Made by a program: the position numbers and the translations under genes
Assembly: GCA_964016885.1 (NCBI GenBank)
Contig: OZ024740.1
Coordinates: forward strand, 205,716,001 to 205,780,000
Source: Eledone cirrhosa
Lineage: Eukaryota
Length of the DNA stretch: 64,000 nt
Direction: 5' to 3'
Part shown: positions 1-12,150 of the stretch, in pieces
Position numbering within the stretch: position 1 is the first letter of the stretch
Layout of the letters: every line of letters begins with the position of its first letter
Notes under the pieces: generated by a model
Told to the model about the DNA's origin: nothing
Databases searched by the model: none
The model's input: only the letters and a program-made list of their open reading frames with translations

Positions 1-562
1 CTTTCAATTGGGAGAAGTAGGGGCTCTGATTGGAGTGACTCTCTGAGATCCAAGCTACACTCTATCAAGTAACGTTACTCCAAAGACCCTTCGGAGGAAC
101 CCCATTCCGGCCACTTGAATTCGCGATCGTATTCTTTCTAATGATTCTGAAAGTCACACCGCTAGTACAGTAAGTGATTAACATAACATATTCAATACCA
201 GTGTGGAAAATTTATATTTTCAAGAAGATTTACCTTTAACTGAACTTTTAACACTAGTAAATGCCATTACTCTGTTTTATGATAGATTATCCCGCCTAAG
301 AAAAACAATATATTCAACTATATATATCTGACGTTTTATCTTAATCCAAGGTTTAAAACGTTATATAAATATTGTAGATATTAAGATATTTAAACCAATA
401 TTCTTAATATTTCTTATGTTTTTGTGTTAGGCTCAGTGGTTGGAATCCGATTGATTCTTGGGCTGGGCAGCGAGGTGTGTTCTTGAGCAAACATCTTATT
501 GATTCTTCTGTCAGGAGTTGCCACAAAAAGTTCTTTTTATTATTCTTTGGGCGGAGGAGGAG

Positions 563-685
563 GAAGAAGAAGAAGAAGAAGAAGAAGAAGAAGAAGAAGA
601 AGAAGAAGAAGAAGAAGAAGAAGAAGAAGAAGAAGAAGAAGAAGAAGAAGAAGAAGAAGAAGAAGAAGAAGAAGAAGAAGAAGAA
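563..685. repeat. (GAA)41 microsatellite
   Basis: Uninterrupted GAA run. Confidence 0.98.
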
Positions 686-1038
686 ATCCTTAATCTCCGT
701 TAACATTTTGGCGACATTAATAGCCCTAAGAAGTAACTGAATAATAATAATAATTGATGTCAAATTGTATAAAACGGCAATATTCCTCACTATGGGTGCC
801 ATTAAACCAACCTATCATTTTGGATATAATTCTATATATTTTTTTCTTTTTTTTACTGAGCCGAAAAAAAAAGGATTATTATTTAAATTTTGTTTGTGAT
901 TTTTCAAAGTAAACTTAGGAGTAGCAGAATTCATTGGTTCGGCTCAGCCTGGATATTTAGTTCGCCGGAGAAACGATTGTAATACGTAATAAATTGTGTT
1001 CCGATTCATCACTCATTCTTCGTTTTCCATATATATAT

Positions 1039-3146
1039 ATTATGAAAATAAACCAAAGAAGCCTTCAATACATCAAAAGTCTTTATTAGCCAACAATGTT
1101 TCGTCCTATTAAGGACTCATCAGGGCAAGAAAGCTATAAGAAGCACTATCGAGATATTCTCTTCTTGCCCCCACGCCATTTCTAATTCTTACTTTTATTA
1201 TAAACCTAAAAGTTCTGGTAGTGTAAATTGTATCCATTAGCTGCTATATTCCCTTATCTTTTTTGTTTAGGTTCATTTTGTTTACCACCATCATTATCAT
1301 TATTATTATTGGTTTTTAACAGCTTTTCGATCTAGCTTTCATAGTCTTTTGGCTACCATACCATATCTATCTTCTTAAATATTATATTTTCACTATTAAC
1401 ACCTTATGAGTTTATATCTGATTATATATTTTATTTTATTTTATATTATTTTATTTTATTTGGATTCTCATTTAGATAATTAACCCCCTCCCTCCCCCTC
1501 CCACACTTGTCATTCGCCCCTTCAATTATACTATAATTATATTCAATTCCCTTTTATGCTCCTTTCTATTGTATAATACAGTATATTGATTATGATTTTA
1601 TGCTCCTTCGTATCCTCCATACATTTCTTTTTTCTGTCCCCATTGGCCTACCATTGTTCTATCTTAAGTCCGTTTATTAGATAACGTTATTCAACTGATA
1701 GTAGAATATTTCATTCTATTCTGGATATTTTTATTGAGATATCTTAAACTTTGGAGATTTTGATTACTTAAACCATAGCTAATTTTGTATTGACTTATTA
1801 TGTATTTTAAATACTTTCAATATTAATTAATTTAATAGGGTTTTCTAGTCATTTATCCGGGTTTGATTCCTAATTTTTTTACTTAACTGCTTGTGACACT
1901 TAAGTAAATATATTTGTTTTTGTTTTTCGATTTCCGGTGAATTTATTTATATTTTTTTTTACTACCGTGCGTAGTTTCTGTCTGGTTCTTATTCACTTAT
2001 TCACATATGTCTGTCTACCAACCATGTAATTATGTATATTATACTATGTTCATTATTTGATATTGAAGTTGTTATATCATATCACTCTATGTAATCGTAC
2101 TATTGATCTTAAATATTTACCGATTATTGGATGTACCCTTATGTTAAATTTTGTAAATTCTGTAATATGTTTATATTTTTATAATTTTTGTAATGTTTAG
2201 ATAATATTTATTTATACCAATTGTATAAAAACTTGACCTCCGTCTGTTTTCTTACAACGGTATAGATATTTTTCCAGCACAATTTTTTCAACACAATTTA
2301 GTTCTGTATGATATTTTTTTCTCACCCTGTGTGTAACTTTATATGATTTGTTAAGTCATATGCCAATATATTATAATAATGTTATTATAGTGTTATTGTA
2401 ATATTTATATTGTTTGTACAAATTGACCGGAGATTATTAATTATATAATTATATAGTATATTATATATTATATGTTTACTTTTACTCATTTCTTTATCAT
2501 TTTATACTGTAAATAATATATGTATTATATTTTTATTTTTATTTTTATTTTTATTTATTTATATTTAAACTCTTAATAAGTGTTAGTTTGTGTTTGTATT
2601 GATGGATATGTGTATTGATATATATATATATATATGTGTACATATGTATATATATATATATGTATATTGGGCCTTTTAATATTATTATTATTATCATTAT
2701 CAATTATATTATATTATATTATATTATATTATATATAGTACTGTAATTCTCGCTTTATATCACCACTTGTGTTTAGCTTTAGTTTTTGCATTGTACTATA
2801 TTTGTAATATGGTTCAAAATGTTATTCACTTCCTTAGCAATTTTTACTTGATAATTTTTACTTGATAATTTTCCTATGCTTTAATGTATGTATACTCCAT
2901 ATTCTTCTGAGTTTTTGGCTTGTATTGGCCGATAGTGCTTCTTATAGCTTTCTTGCCCTGATGAGTCCTTAATAGGACGAAACATTGTTGGCTAATAAAG
3001 ACTTTTGATGTATTGAAGGCTTCTTTGGTTTATTTTCATAATTCTTCGGCTCTGTTTAATTACATTGAGCTATACCTTTACTGTCATTTCTATAATATGA
3101 AGAGGGTGTTTAACTCCAACACGCTCTAGTATTTTAATTCTTCTTA
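1039..3146 (+). mobile_element. ORF-less Penelope-like element derivative with 113-bp inverted hammerhead-bearing ends
   Basis: 1039-1151 is the reverse complement of 2930-3042; about 100-bp tail beyond; (TA)n on both flanks. Confidence 0.8.
2948..3000 (+). ncRNA. Minimal type-I hammerhead ribozyme, family A (mirror copy on minus strand at 1081-1133)
   Basis: UUGCC-CUGAUGA-GUCC(UUAAUA)GGAC-GAAA-CAUUGU-U-GGC: intact core, 4-bp stem II, palindromic stem III, GUU cleavage triplet. Confidence 0.85.
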
Positions 3147-3894
3147 TATATATATATATAACATTACGAATTGCTCACAATTCTTTCAGAATAACATTAC
3201 TAATATAATGCCTTTGTTAAACACAAATATAAACAAATACAATTAACTATTGTTAGGAACTTCACAAAAACAACACACCAAAATATATGACCAGAGTGCG
3301 AGAAAGAAGAAAAAAGATGGGGAAGCAAACACAAAAACTCAAAACGACCATCAATTCACCACCAAGTGAAACAATTGGCCGCACCTCTTCTTTATTACAC
3401 ACTGCATCTGATTTCTCTAATGCAGTTTTTATCTCATCTCATCATTCATGCACACTAACAATACACATCGATTGGATTATGCTCGACTTGTGCATCATTC
3501 GCTATCTCTCTACACCTCTTTTGTACTCACATTTTACATTGTGTACATCGTATAAAGTTCCTTCCTACTACGTTTTTACATATTGAGTACAGCTATATCT
3601 CTGGTGATATGAGAGTCGTGTCTTCTTTCCTACTTACTAAAACCTTTACTTAGTTTACTCTTAGTCCTTTTGATTCTAATTTCTGTTCCAGTGTTCCTCT
3701 CAATATCGTTATCTTTTGTTCTGGCAGCAGTTCGTTTGTCCACCCCTTTCGCTTGTATGTATGTAGTCCAAGATGTGTGTATTACCTGCTTTTTTTTTCT
3801 TTCCTTTTCTTTTTTTATGTATTTGAAATATTATTTATACAATTGTGAATAACATTTTGAGACTTTCTATATATATATATAAAAAACATTTCTG

Positions 3895-4170
3895 TTTCGA
3901 AAGCCGGAAATATCTTTCCAAGCTTTTCCACAGATTCAGTTATAAGAACTAAGTTCTTAACATACAGAAGTTCCGATGGACAGCCAGTCATAAACTCATC
4001 TGCTATGGTCCGGAGAACTACAATAAACAGAAGTGGACTGAGGATAGAGACCTGATTAACACCATTGAATTCCTCACTAAACTTATTAATTACCCTTACT
4101 TTACTGAAAGCATCTTTGTACATGACTTGCAATGCTCTACACGTCATCCATCTACACAGTGACCTAAAAA
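3895..4170 (-). mobile_element. RTE LINE RT fragment
   Basis: RALQVMYKDAFSKVRVINKFSEEF..GVNQVSILSPLLF..TGCPSELLY. Confidence 0.85.
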
Positions 4171-4449
4171 TAGGAATATGAAAATCACATTCAGTGGAGA
4201 GAATGACAGCTAAAGCTGACAAATAAATCGATACTTTTTATTAAAAAATTAAAAAATTAGTTAGTTAAAGGCAATCTTGTCGAATATCTGCGTAGTTAAA
4301 AATGAAACTAATGATAATGGGGAATATATAAAAAAAACAACAACTTATAATTCTTGACTTACCGAAATAAATGAGTTTCATTTTAGTGTGGAAACTTCTA
4401 ATATAATTTAACTACCTTATTTCTTTTGTGTATAATACAACTTGAGTAT

Positions 4450-4870
4450 AATAATGGCTTGGATGCTGCAGGCTTTCCCTCCCACCTCGAGCCGGCAGAG
4501 CTGGACCGAGGAGACAGCAAAAGGCCAGACGGTATGACTATCTTCCCGTTTCGCGGTGGGAAACCCCTCATCTGGGATACCACATGCAACGACACATTCT
4601 CCAGCGACAACCTGGTACAGTCTGCGATTAACCCAGGCTTTGCTGCACTTCGGGCCGAGGAGGGTAGTAAACTCTCTAAATATCAGTCTTTCTCCGACAA
4701 GTTTGCGGTCGAGCACGTGGCAGTGGAAACTTCTGGTGCTCTTAGCCTCAGGACCACCATCATCGGCACAGAGTTGGCTACCCGTAGGTATGATCCTCGC
4801 GAGCTCTACCAGTTGGAATGGCTCTTCCAGCGCATCTCTCTCACCATCCTCCGGTGAAACGCCTTCTCTA
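4450..4870 (+). mobile_element. CRE-clade RLE fragment related to 10945-12150
   Basis: LEPAELDRGDSKRPDGMTIFPFRGGKPLIWDTTC...VAVETSG. Confidence 0.85.
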
Positions 4871-5249
4871 ATGTGTCCGCCGGGACCGCAGAGTGACCAG
4901 CGCGTGGGCCCCCATTAGCTCATAATAGTGAGAGATGGGGAGAGCGAGAGAGATGGAGGCAGTGACAGTGGAGTTTGGTTCTTTTGTGTTCGGACCTGGT
5001 GTATGTTTTACGGACACACACTCATGCATCTAGAATGAGATGAAGACGAGGGCAAGTTGAACCGCCCCAGTAGCTTATAACAGGATCTAACATACGTCCC
5101 CGGCTCGGCTTCTGATGCTAAAAAATGGGAATAAATTACATATTTGGGTATAATGCGACTCCGGCTTACAGTCACGTCTATGTTAATTATCGCTTTATAA
5201 TTGAAGCGGGAAAAGTATAATTTTTAAAATAGGCCGCAGATGTAATAAT

Positions 5250-5437
5250 AATTGTTTCTACTTTTGGCACAAGGCCAGCAATTATCCCAGTGGATTACTG
5301 GTACTTTATTTTATCGACCCCGTAAGGATGAAAGGCAAAGTTAACCTGGGCGGGATTTGAACTCAGAACGTAAAGGGACGTAACCCCATGCTGAAAAGCA
5401 TGGCCTATGACCCTCTACCGATACTGCCAATCCACCG
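5250..5437 (-). mobile_element. tRNA-derived SINE with Meta/MESC-like central domain
   Basis: A box TGGCAGTATCGG, B box GAGTTCAAATCC, core GCCTTTCATCCTTACGGGGTCGATAAAATAAAGTACCAG. Confidence 0.88.
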
Positions 5438-5487
5438 CAACAATATTAACAGAACTTATGTTGTCTCTTCATTAACTTATTTTATCA

Positions 5488-5672
5488 GGGGTGGATTGGC
5501 AGTATCGGTAGAGGGACGGACGCCATGCTTTGACGCATAGTGACGTCCCTTTACGATCTGAGTTCAAATCCCGCCGAGGTTGACTTTGCCTTTCATCCTT
5601 ACGGGGTCGATAAAATAAAGTACCAGTAATGCACTGGGTAATTGCTGGCCTTGTGCCTAAAGTAGAAACAAT
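5488..5672 (+). mobile_element. tRNA-derived SINE, same family, inverted relative to 5250-5437
   Basis: Same boxes and core. Confidence 0.88.
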
Positions 5673-5804
5673 TAATTTATTTTATCAGTTTCCTATCTTT
5701 GAGATAAACGACGTTCAATTAAGCTGATTATCAAATACGTATTTGTAAAAATTATCAATACGTATTTGTAAATTTGCCGTTTGAAATTAGTATTTTTAGC
5801 TCTG

Positions 5805-5844
<40 letters not shown>

Positions 5845-5876
5845 ATGTGTGTGTGTGTGTTGACAAAACTACAATA

Positions 5877-6977
5877 CCACATGGTGTTTCATACATACTT
5901 ATATATATATATATAGCCATTACTTAGTTTTAGCTAAGAAGACCAAGGTTATAGCGAAGCAAGGTCTTTAGGTAATATTTTTGATGCCCATATTGAACAA
6001 GGAAGTGAAAATCATAGGCGTTTCTATAAGTAAGGTTAAACAGATGAAAACACGCTGATTAGTTACACAAGATTAAGAAATTAGATTTACTTCCATCTAT
6101 CACTAATGTATATATGTATTCTATTGAATAAATACATACGTAATTAAACTCTACCATTTATGAAAAATGTACAAAATATAATAACTTGAGTTTCTGAAAT
6201 TGCGAAACTTCTAAGTTAACTGAAGGGTTGTTTTGTTTCCGTACTTATAAAATGAAATTATTTTTACTTATATTTAAAGCGTTAAATATACTTTGTTTGC
6301 AAGGATGAACATTTCATTACAAATGCAGACATATTCATAGATTTAAAAAATGTTTGTGAGGTAAAACAAATCCAATTTAAATTTGTAATATAATTTTCAT
6401 CCTTGCAAACAGTGCCGGATTTAGGACAAATGAGGCACTGTGTTAGTTAAGTTATGAGGCCCCGTACTTGGGCCCTGAAGAAGGTAAACATTTTGGGGGG
6501 TAAGGAAGATGGTCCCCAACTCCCTGGTCCATGGGGTCCTGTGCTTAAACACACCTAAGCATTCCGCAAAATTTCATTTTTACGAAAACGTAACCAAACC
6601 TTTAGTTAACTTAGAAGTATTTAGAAGTATCTTGAAACAAAACCCATTTGTTTCGTCAATTTAAGAAACTCAAGTTATTATATTTTGTACATTTTTCATA
6701 AATGGTAGAGTTTAATTACGTATGTATTTATTCAATAGAATACATATATACATTAGTGATAGATGGAAGTAAATCTAATTTCTTAATCTTGTGTAACTAA
6801 TCAGCGTGTTTTCATCTGTTTAACCTTACTTATAGAAACGCCTATGATTTTCACTTCCTTGTTCAATATGGGCATCAAAAATATTACCTAAAGATCTTGC
6901 TTCGCTATAACCTTGGTCTTAGCTAAAACTAAGTAATGGCTATATATATATATAAGTATTGTGAAACACCTTGTGAT
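5877..6977. repeat. Long foldback inverted repeat with near-identical arms of about 330 bp
   Basis: 5877-6208 is the reverse complement of about 6650-6977; weaker pairing continues inward; partial arm copy at about 8410-8475. Confidence 0.9.
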
Positions 6978-6993
6978 ATATATATATATATAC

Positions 6994-7320
6994 ATATTAA
7001 AGTACAAATATTAATAAAATAGATGTTCTTTTGATCAATTACATTTTATTATACATATTTCGGATGTACAACAGTACGCCCTCATCAGACAAAATATAAT
7101 GATACATGACATACCCTGAGATGTTAAATGGTTAATCAAGGTTTAATAAGATTTAACCATTTAACCATTTAAAATGTAATTGATCAAAAGAACATCTATT
7201 TTATTAATATTTGTACTTTAATATTAATAACTCTGGAAAATAATTTTTTCGTAGAGTGCTTCCAATCTACTGTAAAACTCATTCTTTGATATACTCATTG
7301 AATCTTGTTTAACTCTTTAA
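6994..7320. mobile_element. PLE pseudo-LTR relic with inverted arms, family B
   Basis: 54-bp arms at 6994-7047 and 7171-7224; homologous to 7855-8178; (TA)n flanks. Confidence 0.8.
7043..7095 (-). ncRNA. Minimal type-I hammerhead ribozyme, family B
   Basis: AUUUUGU-CUGAUGA-GGGCGUAC(UGUU)GUACAUCC-GAAA-UAUGUAU-A-AUAAAAU. Confidence 0.85.
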
Positions 7321-7806
7321 TATATATATATATATATATATGTAGGAGGTGAGTTTTATTGTAGCACAATAAAGCAATGCAAATATGTATTATCAAATAT
7401 GTAATTATGTACTATCTTACAACGTTTTTTTTAAATTTTTCTATGTGAGACAGTGTTTCTCAGTATTAAAGGTTATCTCTCTCTCTCTCTCACTCATTTT
7501 CTCCTCCTCTCTCATCCTTCCTTCTTATACTCCTCCTCCGTCATCCTTTCCTTATTATTTTTTTTTTTCTTCCTCTTCCTTACCTTTTCTTCCCCTTTCC
7601 TTTCCTTTTTTCCAATCTCATATATCCCTCTTATTTTATTTTTCATATGTTCATTTGACACTTCACTGCTCGCAAGTGTTTTTTAAGCTTCTGATCATGT
7701 CTCCCTATTTTATCTAATGAGAACGCAAATATCATCCCATGATGATATTTGCTTTTGAAATGCGCATAATAAAATACATGGAACTCTTTTAACCATCTTT
7801 TGATTT

Positions 7807-7854
<48 letters not shown>

Positions 7855-7863
<9 letters not shown>

Positions 7864-8173
7864 TACAAATATTAATAAAATAGATGTTCTTGTGATCAAT
7901 TAAATTTTATTATACATATTTCAGAGGTACAACAGTACGTCCTCATCAGATAAAATAAAATGATACATGACATGTATCATTTTATTTTATCTGATGAGGA
8001 CGTACTGTTGTACCTCTGAAATATGTATAATAAAATTTAATTGATCACAAGAACATCTATTTTATTAATATTTGTATTTTAATATTAATAACTCTGGAAA
8101 ATATTTTTTTGTAGAGTGCTTCCAATCTACTGTAACTCATTATTTGATGTACTCATTGAATCTTGTTTAACTC

Positions 8174-8178
<5 letters not shown>
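7855..8178. mobile_element. PLE pseudo-LTR relic forming a 231-bp palindrome plus tail, family B
   Basis: 115-bp arms around centre 7970; inserted in (TA)n. Confidence 0.85.
7984..8036 (+). ncRNA. Minimal type-I hammerhead ribozyme, family B (mirror copy on minus strand at 7904-7956)
   Basis: AUUUUAU-CUGAUGA-GGACGUAC(UGUU)GUACCUCU-GAAA-UAUGUAU-A-AUAAAAU; perfect 7-bp stem I. Confidence 0.85.
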
Positions 8179-8208
<30 letters not shown>

Positions 8209-9171
8209 TACGAAGGCCAAGGCAATACACACATACGCAAATACACACACACAAACACACACACACATATAATATTAACTAGTGAGTAGCTGAGTATTCC
8301 GCAGATAAAAATAAACAACTAAGAACTCATCATTCAATACAATACACAGATAATGTAACAGGCGTATATATATTTTGATTTGTTAATCTAGTTTAACTAC
8401 GTAATTAGTACATTTTCATCTGTTTAACCTTGCTGGTAGAAACGCCTAGGATTTTCACTTCCCTGTTCAATATGTGATAGTGAACTTTGCTTTTATAAAA
8501 CCAGTCTAGAATGAGCAGTACACCTCCGTTGGTCCCAACAGTGGGTGTTCCAGTCATTCGATCAATAGAACAGCTTGTTCATGAAATTAATGTACAAATA
8601 AATAGCTAAGCATTCCGCAAGTATGCGGTGTCTTAACGTAGTTCTCAGGGAGATTCAACATGACATACTGTCTGACAAACTGGCCCTTTGAATTACAAGC
8701 ACAGCACATTTTTCTCAGTAGTCACACATTGAATCTCCCTGAGAACTACGTTAAGACTCCGCGTACTTGAGCAACGTGAGATGAAGTGCCTTGCTTACGG
8801 ACGCAATGCATTGCTGAGAACCAAACTCACGACCGTACAACTGTGAGCTAATCAATATAACCACTAAGCCGCGTACTTTCACTAACCACTAAGTCAAATG
8901 TAAACTCAAGATTAGAATTAATATAAAATTTTCTTGGTCACGGTCATTGCAAAACGATAGTACTTACTGAACACAGCAGTCGAGTAGGTTAAGAATTAAC
9001 TAATAAATTGTATGTTAATTGATGAGCTCATAATTTGATTTGACTGATGCCCTTGAAAATGATGTCATATTATTGGCTATTGAACATGAATGACGAAGAC
9101 AATGTATTTCATAGGTTGTGTAACCAATGATTTGTAGTTTTAGCTGAATCATAATAATCCTCATCACCTCC

Positions 9172-9817
9172 ACCTGGGTACATTTTATTATGGCACCAGC
9201 ATTACCACTTCACAATGTGTACTGGGTACATTTTATTGTGGCACCAACATCACTACTTTATAGTGTGTACCGGGTACATTTTATTGTGAAACCAGCATTA
9301 ACACTTTACAGTGTGTACCGGGTACATTTTATTGTGACACCAGCATCACTACTTTACAGTGTGTACCGGGTACATTTTATTGTGACACCAGCATCACTAC
9401 TTTACAGTGTGTACTAGGTACATATTATTGTGACACCAGCATAACAGCTTCACAGTGTGAACTGGGTACATTTTATTGTGGCACCAGCTATACCACTTTA
9501 CAATGTGTACTGGGCACATGTTATGTGGCACCAGCATCACTACTTCACAGTATGTACCGGGTACATTTTATTGTGGCACCAGCATTGCTACTTGACAGTG
9601 TGTACTGGATACATTTTAATGTGACACCAACTTTATCACTTTACAATGTGTACCGGGTACATTTTATTGTGGCACCAGCATTGCTACTTGACAGTGTGTA
9701 CTGGGTACATTTTAATGTGACACCAACTTTATCACTTTACAATGTGTACCGGGTACATTTTATTATGGCACCAGCATTGCTACTTTACAATGTGTACCGG
9801 GTACATTTTATTGTGGT
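9172..9817. repeat. About 48-bp minisatellite, related to the RTE 3'UTR unit
   Basis: Unit approximately tgtgacaccagcatcactactttacagtgtgtaccgggtacattttat. Confidence 0.9.
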
Positions 9818-9939
9818 ACTAGAACTAACACCTACCTATCCATCGGCCTGCTTATCTAGCTGCCTACCTATCTGCATACCTACCTGCCTACTTACGCAGG
9901 TGCAGTGGAAGCATTTCTGAATTTGATGGGGTGGGGGTT

Positions 9940-10712
9940 GGTGATGACGGCCTCCGCGCTCTCCGACACTTTTTAGACTTACGCCCTACCCCTTACCACA
10001 GCACTACCACTCTTCTCCGTCTGCCTGAGCTTGTTCTGACCCTCAATGGGTTTTCCTATTCCAGTGAATTCTATCAGCATGTCTCTGGGGTAGAGATGGG
10101 AACCAGAATGGGGCCAAACTATGCCAACTTGTTTGTTGGCTACATCGAAGCCCAGATCTTCCCCCAGCACGCTGGACCTACTCCTGAGCTATACGGTCGG
10201 TATATCGACGACTGTACCGGCACCACTTTTCTATCACGTGAACAGCTCGATTGCTTTCTATCTTTTGTTCAAACTTTCCATCCCGCTCTCACCTTCGCCA
10301 CCTCTGTCCCTTTTCTTGATATCTCTCTCTCTCTACTTCCATCTTCTATAAACCAACAGACTCCCACTCTTACCTCGACTTCACCTCCTCCCATCCAACC
10401 CACACCAAACTCTCCATACCTTACTCCAAATTCCTCCGTCTTTGTCGGTCTGCAGTCAGGACCACGATTTCGAAACCCATTCCCTTCACATGGCCTCCTG
10501 CTTCACCCAGCATGGATATCCCTCCACTCTGATCCAAGTTGCTCTTACCAGCGCCCGTGAAATCGACCATACCACAGCCCTCTCACCTCACCAGCGTCCT
10601 CTCAGCACCCGCCTTCTTTCCTCTCTCACCTACCACCGCATCACCCTACCTCCCAGGCGAAATATTCTCCATTCCTTCCGCACCCTCTCTTCTGACCCCG
10701 TTACTTCTAGTT
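9940..10712 (+). mobile_element. Penelope-like element RT fragment, degenerate
   Basis: LVLTLNGFSYSSEFYQHVSGVEMGTRMGPNYANLFVG, YGRYIDD, VPFLDI. Confidence 0.9.
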
Positions 10713-10944
10713 TTTTTAGCGCACTCATGGGGGTTCTCCGAGGAAGGAGAAAATATCCTGGGGGCCATCTGTTATCTATCAGTAAAATAACCAGCGGTCA
10801 CTATAAATAGGCTGTCCTGTGGTCCTAACTCACTCAGTCCTCTGCTTTTTTTCTAGACAACACAGTCAGGATATATAACGGTGTACTACTACACCAGCAC
10901 TGTCAACTGTAACTTGTCACTTTTCTTTTAAGGGAAACCTATGG

Positions 10945-12150
10945 TACTCATCTGCAATGTCAGTTTCGACAGCGCAGGCTGGCAACAGGCAACACTCCCA
11001 GCGAGGTTCGGTGGCCTCGACCTCCGATCAGCTTCGGGTCTCGCTTTACCTGCCTATCTATCTTCTATCTCCTCCTGTCATGCTCTCGTCAGCGAGGCTC
11101 TCAGCCAGATGGCCGAACCTGACCTGGCCCCCGAGATGGAACAGGCTCTGGCCTACTGGACAGGCGAAGGCCTCTCTATCCCCCAGTATACCATAGTCCA
11201 ACGTAACTGGGACGACATCAATTGCAGGTCCTCTGTCAGGCAGAGAGAGTCTGGCTTGGACCAACACCGCCTCGCCTGCTTCCGCTCCGCATCTCAGCCC
11301 AACAGCGGCACGTGGCTCAATTCGGTGCCCCCCTTAACAACCAGTACCCTATTTGATGATGAGTGCACTAGCATCGGGGTAGCCCAACGCCTTGGCCGCC
11401 GCGTATGTGAGCCACACAAATGCCAATGTGGGGCGGTTCTTGACAAGTTCGGCCTGCACCCACCTGTCTTGCCGCCAGAGCGCAGGCCGGTTCCCCCGAC
11501 AGGCCGCTCTCAACGACATATTGAGAAGAAGCCTGGACGCAGCTGACTTTCCATCACAACTGGAGCCAGCAGGTCTAAACCGCGGAGATAGCAAGCGCCC
11601 TGACGGAATCACCCTCTTCCCATTCGAAGCAGGTAGATCCCTCATCTGGGACGCCACCTGTTGCGTCATGTTCTCTGCCTCCAACTTAATCGCTTCGACC
11701 ACAAACCCCGGCATTGTGGCCCGCCTCGCAGAAGAACGTACAATAAACAAATAACGGGGTTTGTCCGACCGCTTCCTCTTCGCACCGGTCGCCGTCGAAA
11801 CCTCAGGCATACTTGGACCCCGTACTGCAAGATCGGAGCATCTGAGGAGGGAGCCCCACGAGGTTGGGTGGCTGTTGCAGCGACTGGCGATTGTCTGGGG
11901 AAGTGCTTTTGCCGTCTTGTCAGCGGGGCGCAGTACTTCTATCCTCTTGGCACAAAGCCCAATAACCCTTCCCCTCACCTCTCTTATGCAACACCAGAGC
12001 TCTTGCCATCCCTCCCCTTCCCGTTCTTCTTCTTTTTTCTTTCTTTCTTTCTTTTTTATATATTTCCCTATTCTTTTTCCTTTTGTTTCCCCTTTTTATT
12101 AATTCTTACTAAATTTTATTTTTAAAATAAACATTTAATTAAAATAAAAA
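10945..12150 (+). mobile_element. CRE-clade non-LTR retrotransposon 3' portion (Zn knuckle plus restriction-like endonuclease)
   Basis: QATLPARFGGLDLRSA, SGTWLNSVP, CQCG..DKFGLH.LSC, RGDSKRPDGITLFPFEAGRSLIWDATC, PVAVETSG; A-rich tail near 12150; frameshifted. Confidence 0.85.

Noticed and set aside
404-802. Poly-F/K/R/E ORFs
   Set aside because: Translations of the (GAA)n microsatellite
5488-5580. tRNA gene
   Set aside because: A and B boxes continue into a SINE core and recur many times; it is a SINE head
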